NCBI GenBank assembly: GCA_964234715.1
Contig: OZ174278.1
DNA from: Podarcis melisellensis
Lineage: Eukaryota
Length of the DNA: 64,000 nucleotides
Reading direction: 5' to 3' (one strand)
This document shows positions 36,299 to 49,100 of this stretch, one piece after another; the stretch's first letter is position 1; every line of letters starts with the position of its first letter. The notes below the pieces were generated by a model. It saw nothing but the letters and a program-made list of their open reading frames with translations, was not told the origin of the DNA and did not search any database. The position numbers and the translations under genes were made by a program.

Positions 36299-37901
36299 AA
36301 ACCGATTTGGGGAATCCCAGTTTTAAATGGCCTGATCTGAAACAATCTAGTTTAACATTTTCTCTTCCAGCGCAATCCCGCGTGCGTTTCCCCGGGAGAG
36401 AGTGTTTTTGTGTCCATCGGGGACCGTTCCCTCACCAGCAAGTGTGTAGAGGGTGGCAAGCTTCGAAAATCTTAAAGACAAACTCGTCGAAGGGGGTCCA
36501 AGCCAGCCTCCTTTTCAATAAGGCGGAAGGAGAATTTATCAGTTGCGGGAAATCCATTTCTGCTATTGAGTACACTGACTTGGGAAGGTGGATTTCGGTG
36601 GGACCGAGTTCCACCAAAGAAGCACCCTCGACCTCTCTCCTTTCAAGCCAGTCGAAGAAAACCTCCTCTTGCTTTTTGGAGGCGAAATGCTGTTTGTGAC
36701 TGCTCGCTTGGGCGTTCCTGGGCTGTCCTGCTCAGCTGCGCTGCCGACACAGAAGCTTTCCCTCTCGAAGTTGGGCACGATCCAGCCGAAAATCGGGACA
36801 CTTTGCAACACGCGCCTCACTGTTACCAATGGGACTTGAAAGTGCTTAGCTTTGTATGAACGGGGCCCAGCTGGGGACACCTTACTTAATGGTCGGTTCC
36901 CCGCTGATGCTCGGGACGGAGGTTGCCCCCAGCCCAGCCACGGAGAGGCGAAGGATAAATGGAGGTCAAGGTCAGCCAGAGTAGACAGCAACCCTATCCT
37001 CAGCACTGAAAGGGGTCGGTTCCCAAGTAAGTGGACGTCGGCGAACAGCTTTAACGCAGCTTCTCTCTTAAGGCTTCCTTCGCTCGGTTAAAGACTGCAA
37101 TCGTCGGCACGCCTACCTGCGAGCAAATCCCACTGATATTAAACACTGAAGGAGATAGGGTGCATAGGATCGGGCTGTTACTCGGTGGTTCTTTGGAGGA
37201 AAGTGCTTTCCTTCCTACTACAACGTCAAGGCACGAAAACCCGCTCCAGCCACTTTTCCCAGCGGGACTTGCTTCCGAGGAGACGCGCCTCGAATCGCGC
37301 TGCCCAGGCATTGCTCCAGAGAGCGAACCCTGCAGGACGTTCTCCTCCGCAAGCCCCTCTGGAAAGACTCGCAAGGGCTTGCGCACAAGACGGTCGGAGA
37401 GGAGGCTGAACTGGAAGATAGTTGCCAAGGGATTTCCAAAAACTCCGCTTCATTAAAAGTATACTTCAGCCTGCAACCTGAGACTTAACTGGAAAGAAAA
37501 CTCCCCTGGAAACCAGAGGGGCTTTTTAGCAAGTGGGTTGCAAAGGAACCGCCCCCCCCCCCAGGTATGGAGGGAGGGAGGGAGCTTAGCCATGGTGCTG
37601 CACAAACGGAAGATGCGACAAATCTGGTGGGCAGGGGAGAGGGGACTTTGGCTTTGCAAGGCTGGGCCAGTGGGATATGGAGGGCCAGTGGGAGAGGGAA
37701 GACAGTGGAGCAACTTGCTCCGTTTCGATTCTAGGGCGGCAGTTCTACCCGCACTTGGGAGTCGGTCTTCTTTAAAATAATAGCATTTGCTTCTCAGTAA
37801 ATATGCTTTTAACGCTTCATACGCAAGCCGAAGGCTATATCCCAAAAGACAGGGTCGGTTTCCCCCGCCCACAGCAGGAAAGGGCTGGAGAAGGAAGACA
37901 G

Positions 37902-37903
<2 letters not shown>

Positions 37904-37982
<79 letters not shown>
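37904..37982. repeat. (TG)n(AG)n compound microsatellite
   Basis: Direct reading. Confidence 0.9.
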
Positions 37983-39709
37983 TCACTTCAAAGGCCTCAC
38001 AAGTCTAGAGAGGAAAAGCCAAAACAAAACGCCTTGGCCCCGTTTACTTCCTTTGGAGGTGCTCCTGCCTGGGAACCGGGCCGACTCCGATTCTCTCTGC
38101 CACCACTACTCCAAGCAGAAAACTTGTGACTGGCGAGACCTTTCTCCATCACCGACTGAGTGCATTGGTAGCATTGGTAGCAATGACAATTTATGGCTCT
38201 CAGAAGCGACAAGGAATCGGTCTCATGCGCACACATGAGCACACAGGAGATAAGTAAATAATAATTTTATAAACTATATAGGGTGATCTGTTCATCCGTC
38301 TACAGTGAGATAAGATAAGAATACTGTATATAGTTTCCTGGGTTGAAGATTAGGGGAGGTGTCTTTCGGTTACCAGGGTACGGTGGGCATATTTAAAATG
38401 TGCAGTGTTTGATCAGGGAGTCGAATTTCAATCCGCCACCCATGGTAAGACACCGGGGTCCATTACCAACCCGATCCTAAACACGCGACCTCCTATAAGC
38501 CAAGACATTGAGGTTGGCGCTGTCCCCGCTTCGACGACGTCTTGCAAAATGGTCTATAATTATAAACTCCATAATTAAATGGAGCTGGGTGTTCCAAGGC
38601 AGCAAAACGCCGATAGATGTGAGGGAACAGGAGTCGAGGCAGCTCGAAGTCGTGTGTTCAAAGTAAGCTGTTTCGGTACGTATACAAGATTCTACCCTCC
38701 CCCCAAGTAAGTCAGGACAGCGTACAGTAGGAGTGCCCCCCCCCCACAACAACCCTGTGAGGAACTACTGGCTTATGAGGTCATCCAAAGAACAACCGCC
38801 AACTCGGCTAGGATAGCCCCCTGCATTTTTCAGAGCGCTACAACTATAATTCAGCAACATAATTCTCTCTCTCTCCATGGCTCCTCTTCCCACAAGGAAT
38901 CTCCTCCGCTTTCTCCTGCCGGCTCTTGGGGGAAAGCCGCCTCCCTCCAACCCAGACATCTTGTCCTGGGGTGCAAAACTCCACCTGCCCCGTGGGAAAT
39001 GGGGGTTTCCAGCAGCACCCAGGGCACCCTGGCAAGAGAAGCAAGGGCCTTGGGGAGGTGGCTTGCCTTGTGGGCCTAGGCGGTTCCCTTTCAGATCCCA
39101 AGGGAATTCGCCCCTTCGGAGCGCACGTGCTCGGGATCTGGGCGTGCCAGATGGCTGCTGCGTGCGGGGTGGTTTGTGGGCGCTCTGGCAAGGATGACAC
39201 CTGCTCAGAGCTGTTCTTCCTTTGCACCTCCTTCCTCTCTCGCTTGATTTTGTTGCCCATTCCCTTCTCCACCCAAGAAGTCGTGGGGCTGAAGCGGGGT
39301 TGTGGCGGTGGTGGGGAGATGAGGACCCCAGAGGAGATGGCACTGGGGCCAGCTGGGCGACAGGAGGGCGAGAGGGAAAGGTCACCCCCAGGCGACACCC
39401 CCCCATTTATGCTGCGGGGGTATTGATCCGCCCAGAAAGATCAACGTGAAAGCCGGTGTGTCATGCATACTAATCAGAGCCGTTTGCAGAATTTAATTAG
39501 CCTTGACTTTCCTCCACTTCGTTCTCCTTCTCCTCCTCTCGGCGATATTTTACGCGTCTTGCCCAGGCGAGACTGCCTGCTGGCCGCGTGGCGACGCCTC
39601 CTGCCAAAGAGGATCGGCCTGACTTGCTACTACTCCGGGCCAGGAGCGGACGAGCACCAAGGAAACAGGCGTCCTTCCAGGCCCCGCCCTCTTCTGAAAA
39701 CAAATAAAT

Positions 39710-39803
39710 AGGGTCGAGGGTTCGAGTCCCACGTTGGGCAAAAGAGTCAGGAGGTTGGACTAGATGACCCTAGGGATCCCTTCCAACTCTACCGTTCTAT
39801 GAT
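39710..39803 (+). mobile_element. 5'-truncated tRNA(Lys)-derived SINE with CR1-type tail (second copy)
   Basis: AGGGTCGAGGGTTCGAGTCCCACGTTGGGCAAAAGA...GGTTGGACTAGATGACCCT..CCCTTCCAACTCTAC..TTCTATGAT. Confidence 0.8.
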
Positions 39804-40979
39804 CATACGAAACAACAAACCTTTCCTTGGACAATAGATGCCTTCCGCATTTCGACTTTTAGGCCCAAATTGCAGTCAGAGAGGAAAGGAGTACCAGTGG
39901 GAGGCTTCACGGCTTACTTCCGTTGTTTACTTCGGAGTAAGCCCGCTTCGGGTTCAGGTACACAAGCCCGCAGTGGTGATAAGCAGTTTGCTTGCCCCGA
40001 TCCAAAGAAAGAAAAGCGAAGCCCGCTTACTCATAAACTGCGCTGCAAGCAATAGGCTTTACTTCTAGTGGGGACTTCCGCATCTGTTATTTACGGCAGG
40101 AGATCTCACTTGCTCAGGGCGGCTTATTCCCCAGATAAAGGAAGCACGAGATCGCAGCTTTCCCTAGAAGTCTGTCTACATCTGAGCTTAAATGGGTCTA
40201 CTCGAAATTAAGGCCCGTGAATAGAACTTTATTTCAGGTAAGTGCGACTGGACTCGCAGCCTCTGGAGAACCCGATCCTCCAGACACGGTATTAAGGCTG
40301 TAATCCTGTGCATTGTCCCCTGGGGGAAAAGCCCCATCGACTAGAGTGGCACTTCCTCCTCAGTAAACATGCTCTTGTAAAGCTACCATCTTCAATCCCA
40401 TTCAACTAATCCAGATTTACTCCTAAATAAACATTTAGTAGACTGCCAGCTTAATTGATTTAGCCGCTACACTCACTTCCATCTACACGCGTCTAGGCTC
40501 GCTCTGGATCCTCAAAGTATTCACAGCGCCCATTGCAGCGACGGAAAAAAAAAATTTACTCAAGGGAGAAGCCCCCACTGGCACGTGATTAACTTCTGGG
40601 GTTGCAGCAGCTAAACTGTCCCAAGACACCTTCCTTCCAAGTACGCATTGCCACTCTCCCAGCCGCCAGCTGTTCCGTTTCCTTGCCTCTGGTCCACGGA
40701 GCTCTTTACGCGTTTAGGTTGCAGGGTTGCTCTGTGGAGGGTGGAGAGGAAGGGTGGTACCATGGGGCAGAATTTGATGGACGGATGTTCAGGGGCCCCT
40801 CTTAGGGCTCCTCGATGCAGCAGGGCGCGCTTACCATGTATTGGAGTAAGTGTGGCAATTCACACGGCCATCATTCTAAACGGCGGGGGTGGGTGAGTGG
40901 GGAGTAATAAAACCATTGTCCCGGGTCTAAAATTACCATAGTGCACCACTGGGGGTCGGGGGGGTAGAAGAAAACGAAA

Positions 40980-41207
40980 GTAAGTCCTCGCCTGCCTTTT
41001 TCTCCCTCTGCCCATTTCTGCCTGGCATAGATGGGAGCGAGCGGGGAGGCGAGCCAGGACTTTCCCATTCTCCCAGCTGCTGTCGCCTAGCCTCGTGCAG
41101 CGACGCACCATTCTCGCTCCAAACCCATTTCCAACAACTTCTTTGTTAATCCGGAATCCTCGAGAAAGGCGATGGCTGGGAGAGGGAGGGGGGAGCCGTC
41201 TGGGAGT

Positions 41208-41251
<44 letters not shown>

Positions 41252-41860
41252 CTCCACATCCACGTGGTTCTCAGCAGGTCTCCAGCCCCGAGTCTTTGCG
41301 CTCGCTCGCCATTTGCGCACTGATTTATGATGGAAGTAATTTAAACGGGGAGAGTTTACGGCTGGAGTTATTAGACGGAACACCTCCGCCTGACACCGCC
41401 GCTCTTCCTTCTCTCTCTCTCTCTCCCCACCGCGCAACCCGTTTCCCAAGCCTGCAGCTGCGAGGCACGGCTAGCGCCAAGTTCAGGCCGAGCCGCCGCC
41501 GCCGCCGCCGCCGCACATTCCTCCACCGCGCGCGCTTCCTTCTCCTCCGGGATCAAAGGCGCAGCGAGGAAGCGCGACGGATTTGAGAAGGCGGGGACGT
41601 GTCCACTCATACTAGACCTTGAAAGGAGGGGGGGAGGGAGGGAGGGAGCACAACACCCCAAACAAACACGGAACCTAACCCAACGAAGCTGTCGCTTCGT
41701 GCCCCCCTCATCTCCAGCCATTAAACAAAAATTAACCCGGCACTTTTGGGGCGTCTCCAGTAAACAAAATTGAAATAACCAGCTATGATGGCGGCAAAAT
41801 GACCGACTATGATGGCGGCGGCAAAATCAGAGACTGTTTAGTCTGGCATCTCTTCTCCCA
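40980..41860. promoter_or_regulatory. Orphan CpG island downstream of ZIC2 (candidate enhancer or lncRNA promoter)
   Basis: High CpG, (GCC)n tract, clustered TF-like motifs, no credible ORF. Confidence 0.55.
41213..41247. repeat. (CA)n microsatellite
   Basis: Direct reading. Confidence 0.9.
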
Positions 41861-44582
41861 AGCCGACTCCCTGGAAACTGAAGTCAGGCATGGGGGAGGG
41901 CGAGGGAGATCTTTTTTAAAAAACGGAAGGGGGGAGAGAAAAGAAATGTTCAGGGAAGTGTGTGAGAGAGACAGAGAGAGAAAGAATCCTGTACAATTAA
42001 ATAGAATACAGCGTGTGAACTGTGAAAGGAGACACACACGCAGAGAGAGAGTATATACATTAGGCTAGAAAATGCACAAAGTGTTTGATGGAATGAAACA
42101 GCTTAGGATATATACCATAAAACAACTGGCACAACAGGTTCGATCCAGGGCAAGTGAAGCACGTTTGTAGAGTTTATGTCCTTGCGAAAGAGGGCAACAG
42201 CAGATTTCAGCGGGAAGCTGTGTCCGGGCGGTGCCCAATGTAATAAAAAAACAGGGAAACTGGGAGGCAGGCCGCAAAAAAATAAAGAACGAAAGGAAGA
42301 AAGTATGTTATTTTAAGTCGGGCTCATTACAGAAATAAGGAACAAGAATGCATCTCTAGAAGGCCCCTACAGGACTCTTTTCAATAGAGAGGTCTCAGCA
42401 GGTGAGATGTTTTGTTCCTTGCTGGTGCCAGAGCCTATTCCATAGGTGAAACCCCTTCAGGTCCTCAGTGGATCAAACCTTTTGGAATATCAAGGGCTGT
42501 TGAGGAATATCCAAGGTGTTGACCACACTTTCAGCTCTTAATCCCGCAAAGTTTTGCGGTATCAAAACACTAACACATCACTTTTACCAGGGAGGCAAAG
42601 TAACTGTCCCGCAATTTCAGGAGAAACCAGGAGTTCTGGTTTCAATAAAAGTATGAATCCACGCGGGTCCCTCCGTCGCAACCCCACCCTGATTTCATAT
42701 GCCCTGAAGTGCTTCATTCCCCTTTCCACCCATTCTTATTCGATCGTAGCTTTATAGAAGCATGATACTTAAGTAATCCGGAACAGAACAGTTCTTTAAC
42801 TTATTAACCTTTTCTGCCCCTTCAAGTTGAAGAGGAAGGCGAGAAGGGGGGGAGGGGAGGAGGAGATAAATTCCCTTAGAAAGAGGTTTCAAATATTTGA
42901 GTTCTGGGGAGCAGAGCAGTCACCGAACTGGGAACTGGAGCGAGCTGAATACAACTTAATTTTAGAACACCATTCCAGGGTTTTTATTTCTCTAGATAAA
43001 TGCTGGGGAGGGTTTATGGTCTTGTAAACTGGATACCCGGAGTTGCTATAAATGGCTGACTGTAGACTCCTGCGATCCGTATTTGGAAAAATTGAACTAA
43101 TTTTTTTCATTCCAAAGACCAGCTTCTAAGGACTCTTTCCCTGTCTTATTCGTTGTTGAGAATTCTACTATCAAGTGCGTATATTTGGGGTATATGAAGG
43201 CTCCCAGACCAGTCTGCCTTTTGGAACGGTTTCGAATTCCCCCTAAACCTCCCCCCAAAAACCATAGCGAGGCGTGGATTTCTATTTATGACAGGTGGGT
43301 CCGCCTTAAGAATTCGTGGTTATTCTGGCAGGTTTGACGTCCTTAAATACAAACAGTTAGATTTCCAGGCAATCCATTTCCAAGCAACTAAATGTGTTTA
43401 CCTGCTAGTAAGTCCCTCTTTTTAAAGGGACTGTATCTCAGTCAACCAGGGGCCTCGTCTGGCTTCTAGCATTTTGTGTTGCCAAGGAGGCCTGAAGACA
43501 TGAACCAGAGCGGAGTTGCCAGAACGGAAATACAGGAAGTCGAAGATGCTTACTTAATTGTGCCAAGAATTAACAACACACAGTGAAACTATATAAAATT
43601 GCAAACACGTATCTAGTCCTTATCAGTTATTCCTTTTCACTCATTGTCTAAAATACCGGAAGGCTAGAAATGTACCTCTGACCAACGAGGTACAATACTG
43701 TCTACAGACTTCCCTTACATCCCCGCAAGAAAAAGGGATAGAGAACTAAAAAAAACAAAAGTAAAGAGTGGGGAGGAGATCTTAAAGAAAGGAGAAATAA
43801 AGCACAGCTCTGAACTCAGGGAAGCAGGAGATCGGCCTTGCTGATTCCAGACAACACGCGATTATTCCTGAGAAGCACCTAAGTCTCTCCAGCCAACTAA
43901 CTGACCGAACTACATATTATTATAAAAACTTGAAATGAATGTATGCCTTGAAGACACATTTGCTTGATAAAGGATGACAATTTAGCCTGTGTGTTCGTTT
44001 TTAATTCCATGTTATGGTTATTATGAGGCATAAAAAACGATCACAGCAAAAGACCGAGGCGCTGTTTGTGAGTATTGGAACAATTAGACAGATTCGTACA
44101 ATTACATGCAAATAGATGCAGTACACGCGTGTTCTCAGTTAGTGCTTATGCCGGTGGTATGTCTATCGCTGTCTGTCCATCTCTAAATTCATTTCACTGA
44201 CCTTTTCATTTCCTTTATTTTAATTCTGAAGTGAAATGAAAAGTTTTGCAGTAATCCTTGCTGGCCGCTGCTGACCTGCCCTTTGCCCATTCCCATCTTT
44301 GCTGACATCTCAAAGGGTGCTTTCTGGTCATTCCCTCCAAATAATATACACATTGATACATATTGAAACTCTCTCTCTCCTTCCCCGCCCACAAATTATT
44401 TCCAAAGCCCTCCATTTCCTACTTGATAAAGAAGATTTGGAATGGAAAACTGGGGTTTAACGAAAGTGACGCCTCAGATTCCTGGTGGAATGCGCCTAGG
44501 CAGTTTTCCTTAGATGTAGAGAAATATTCAGTGTTTCCTTCTCTTAGTGTCACTACACTGAACGTGACCTACGCACCCAGTA

Positions 44583-44675
44583 AGGTTGCAGCCCTATTCC
44601 CACTTATCTGGGAGGACAAGGCCCATTTCATTCAATGGGACTTACTTCTGAGTAGACTTGTATAGGATGGCGCTG
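44583..44675. repeat. Short palindromic MITE-like repeat copy
   Basis: GGTTGCAGCCCTAT...CCCATTTCATTCAATGGGACTTACTTCTGAGTAGAC..TATAGGAT. Confidence 0.65.
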
Positions 44676-46047
44676 TAAGTGTGCTTAGGGCTGCAACCGT
44701 AGAGACAAGTCGAGAGATGTCCCTTTCTAGGCAACATAGAATCACCGTTTATTTGACCCGAGCGCCGCTTTCCCACGTTTTAAAAGCAGGTCAGTGCAGG
44801 GTTAGGGCTTATTATAGTTCGCCCTGCTGTGTCTCTTTCCTCCCTCCCGGCTTTGACTCAGGATCGAGGCTCTGTGCGGCTGAAATCGACGTTACACTCC
44901 ACTTGCTCCAGACGCTTATCCTTGGAAGTGGGTAGTCGAATTGACTCAGGATCAAAAAGTGGGCACGTGGTAAAAATTACGACCTCGACGTCTGGCACAC
45001 GTTAAAGAGGCGTCAAGAAACTTTAGACAAAGTGCATTCATCATACTTCGGGAGGAAAAGCGATACCCTGAACTCAACGAGAAAGTAAATACGCTTCCAA
45101 GTCAAGGGAGCTGGTTTACTCACGCCTAAACGCCTCATTTGGAAGCGATCGTCGCTGAAACTAATAGCGCTGGCTTGCAAGTACATAGATTTCAGACCCC
45201 TGTGGCAATGTGCTTATTTTCTGCCTATGGTATGGCCCTCCATCCTTCACATGGGAGTATAGATAGACCCCATATTCTAGTGATTTTTATCTGGAGGTAT
45301 GTCTCCGTTTCTTTCAGTGGCGTTTACTTCCAGGTTAAGCGTGTCACTTCGAAATAGTACGAACGCCGCAGATCGTCGGCTTTTGTCCTGCGAAACATCA
45401 ACACCTGCCGATTGTTATATTTTATTTTTCAGCCCGCCTTCTCAGGCCAGATAATGCCACCCGGATCATCAACTCGGAGGTGAACTGAAGCTCATCTGAG
45501 ATCAAGCTGCAAATGATCCCGTTTAGGACTGGAGCGGAGAGGCGAGACTTTAAAGCACGCCTGTTTGGAAGTCGAGACCACTCAAAGTAATGGTGAAACA
45601 GACCACTTCCGAGCAAGAAGAAAGATCTAGGCAGAGAGAGACCCACTGTCCTCAGCAGGCCCAACAAGCATTCACAAGAGGACTTGGCATCATCCGTTTA
45701 GCCCACAAGCTGCAATGCTACCCGGGTTGTGTAAAAACCCGGTGATGCACTTCGAAGTAAGCATCTAGGGGGTCGCAGTCTCACACCAGCAGAGAACTGC
45801 TCACCTGGAGCAGGGCTTGTTTCACTTTTAGGTGAAACAACCCTGTGCAAACTTTCCCACGAGCAAGCCTTCTTGTAGACAGAGGGCCTTGCTTCCCAGT
45901 ACCTGTAATGGGATCGCGCCAAGACTCTTTTAGTTGAATTCAGTGACCATACGCTGTAAAGTCTAGATCCGGAGCGACGGTGGAGAAATGTACTTAAGTA
46001 ATTTACAGCACCATTCCACACGAAAAGACCCTTCTTATGGATTATAG

Positions 46048-46185
46048 AAACGCCCTCCCATCAGATGTCAAGGAGATAAGTAACTATACAACCTTTAGAA
46101 GACATCTGAAGGCAGAAGTATTTGATGTTTTGTTGCATTTTTTATATGTTGGAAGTGGCTGGGGCAGCCCAGTCAGATGGGCGAC
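46048..46185 (+). mobile_element. L2 LINE 3' end fragment
   Basis: AACGCCCTCCCATCAGATGTCAAGGA...TTTAGAAGACATCTGAAGGCAG..., T-rich stretch, GTGGCTGGGG..CCCAG.CAGATGGGCG; resembles the end of squamate L2 ORF2 (NALP..V....F...LK) and its 3' UTR. Confidence 0.7.
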
Positions 46186-49100
46186 ACACTACCATCATCA
46201 TCATCATCATCATCCACTAAGTTCCACTCAGAGTTGACCCACTGAATTGGGTTTATTAACTGCAATGGGTCTACTCTGAGCAGGACTAGCATTGGCTATG
46301 TCTGCTAAACATACGTCTCGACTCAAAAAATAAAAGGAAGAAAGTCGCTTGGCATCAGTGAGACATCTTGCCATGTGGATTGTGTTGAGGGCAAACGCGA
46401 AAAGCCGGGGCTGGTACTAATAATGCTTCGATGAGAGGCAGAAACGGTTTCCACTGGCTGCGATTTGGACGGCTCAGAGTCCGGTTAAGTTGGCCAGTAT
46501 CCTTCCATCATTTTTTTTTTTTAATTATTGACAGAGGTTTCCTGGCAGAAATATTCTTCTAGCGTTCCGCCCCACCTACAGAGAGACGTTTCTTTTCCTT
46601 TTAAAATTTTGTGCAACTGACCTGACTCCAGCCAAAAGGGGATGTGGCCACCGGGAGTGAGGCAACGCGGGCAATAAATTAGCCTTCTCTCGGTAGCTCT
46701 GAGGTCTCTCCAAGGGTCCCTGGACTGTTGATCTAATTCATTCAAGCGGCGGCCTCTTGGCCGCGCTTTCCATTCCGATCCTAAACCATTGTCCTCTTAC
46801 TGACTCCAAGGGCGCGGCGGCTTCTAGCTAAACGCAGTTAGGATCGCGTGTTGCTCGGGAGAGAATCCTGTGGAAATCTAGGTATAGATAGTACCCTCCC
46901 CGTAAAAAAAAATACCCGGCAGAGATAGCGGTGCTACCTGGGACCTTTGTGGCGAGTTCGAATCCGTCTGTTAGTGTTGGATATCCACGTATGTACGTGT
47001 GTGTGTGTGTGTGTAGGGGTGGAATGGGTGGAAAAGGCAAAGCGATATTCGAGGCATGGAATTTGGACATCATCTTTTCCAAGGGAAAGTACAGAGAACG
47101 GAACTCAAGCAAGACCAAACCCGGGAAAGATTTAACTGCGTAAAATGAGCGGCGCCTTCAGAAACCGGATTCCAGCGCTGCATCGGAGGCTTTTCGATTT
47201 AACTGGGGAAGCAAGCAGCGCATGCAAATATTTGCACTTCTGGTGCCGCACTCCCGGCCCGTTTTCCTCTCCTGCCTTAAATTTCTTTCTAAAACTTATA
47301 TTCTCCAGAAGTTAAGATTCAGATTAAAAAACAACAGGAACCACGGTCACCTCCCGCTTTCGTTTGTCCCCATTAACAACATTCACATGTGAAGGCGCGC
47401 ATCTCATAGTCACTTGTGAAAACCGCCCCTATATTGGTTTATCAAATGCGACCCGCGCCTCGATCCTACATGGCCAGGAAAGGTCACTTTTTCCCGGATC
47501 TTGTACGATTTTCTTCTCTAGTTAGAAATGAAGTTTATGATATTGTATGGTGTTTTTCGCGATTAATACTATCAATAACATGAATTATTAGGACGATAGT
47601 GCCATTTATGCTTTTTGTACCTCATTTGAGAAACATCCTCGCTGAAATTAAGACCCGGCGTTTAAATTTATTACCTAGGAAGTTACACGACTTGGAACTT
47701 ATTTTCAGAGAAGCTGTCCCCCTTTTCACCCCGCAGCCCTATACATTTTTACTAGGACGCAAGTTCTATAGCGTTCAGTAAGGCTTACTCCCAATAAAAC
47801 GCCCCCAGGTTGCACCCAAACAGATCTCTGTGTCTATATGCCTATTCAGAAGCCAGCCCCATTAAGTTTATCGCATCTGTGGAAGTGGAAAGCTTATTTC
47901 GTAATAAATGCAGCACGCCACGGAGAGCTGGAAAGGCTCATTGAGTTTTGGCACTTTCTGCTTGGGATCGAGGTGCGTCTAAGGCGTGGGGCCAGGATCC
48001 AAAGCTTCACTTTACTTGGCAGGGCTTTTTCCAGGGGACTCCTTTGCGGAGGAAGCGCGCTGGAGAGCTGCCGCCTCCCTTGGAAGTCAGTTCCCCCTGG
48101 AAAACAAAGAAACTTCCTCCCCAAGTTTCTGGGCTTGGGAGGCTGCGCGCGGGTCGCTCCATCTCGGAGGATGGCGAAGGACGTCCCCTCTCCCCTCGCA
48201 GCCCGCCTCTCCTCTTTCCCCTGCAGCGCCTTTGGCCACGGGCCCCACGGCTCCCTCGGCCGCCCTGCGCTCGGCTTGTTTCCTTTCCAAGGTGCCTTCA
48301 TTGTCCCGACAGGTCTATTAAGGCTGCGTGGAGCTATTTCTCGGGCCGCTCTTGAACAGTCCGTTGCTCAAACACAACAGCCAACAAGCGCCAGCTGCCA
48401 GGACAACTAAAAAAAAAGAACAAGAAGAAGAGAGAGGGAGAGAGAACCAAACCTATTATGGGGATATTTTCTGAGCAGAAAAGGGGGAGAGCTGTGTTTA
48501 ATTAAAAACATTCAGGATCCCCCGAAACAATGGAGTCTCAAGTTCAAGTGGTGTCCCGTTGAAGGAAGACTTTGGCGAGGGGAGGAGAGAGAGGCGACTC
48601 CGTGTAGCCCCCCACCCTATCTGGAGGGAGGAGGGGGCTTAATTAGCTAAAGGAAAAGCTGTTTTGATTAGGAAATGCACCCCCTCCCTCTCTCCGTTTT
48701 AGCCGCTGGGTTTTTCTTCGCCTGCAGAAGCCTCTTGCGGCAAGTTGCAAAGGGAACTTGCATGGCTGCTTTTTAAAAGGCTTTGTTGCCTTGTCAAGGC
48801 AAGTTAGTGGGGGCGCATGCCCGGAATACTAAAGGGCCTTTTCACACGTGACGCCCCGAAGCGTCTTTGACCCACTGTCTCGCGTTCTTTTTTTGTACAC
48901 GCGTGTGAATCCTGTCCGCGAGGCCAGGGTGGGGGAGAGAAATATTTGAAAATGGAATGCGCATCCGGGACAATGGGCATTTTATTCGCGCCCTCATTAG
49001 GACCCCCTGAAGCAAGAAACCGCATTCAGCTGCACGTGTGAAAGCGCGCCGCTGATTTTCCAAAGAAGGCGACTCCGGAGTCGTTTCCAAGCTGCACGTC

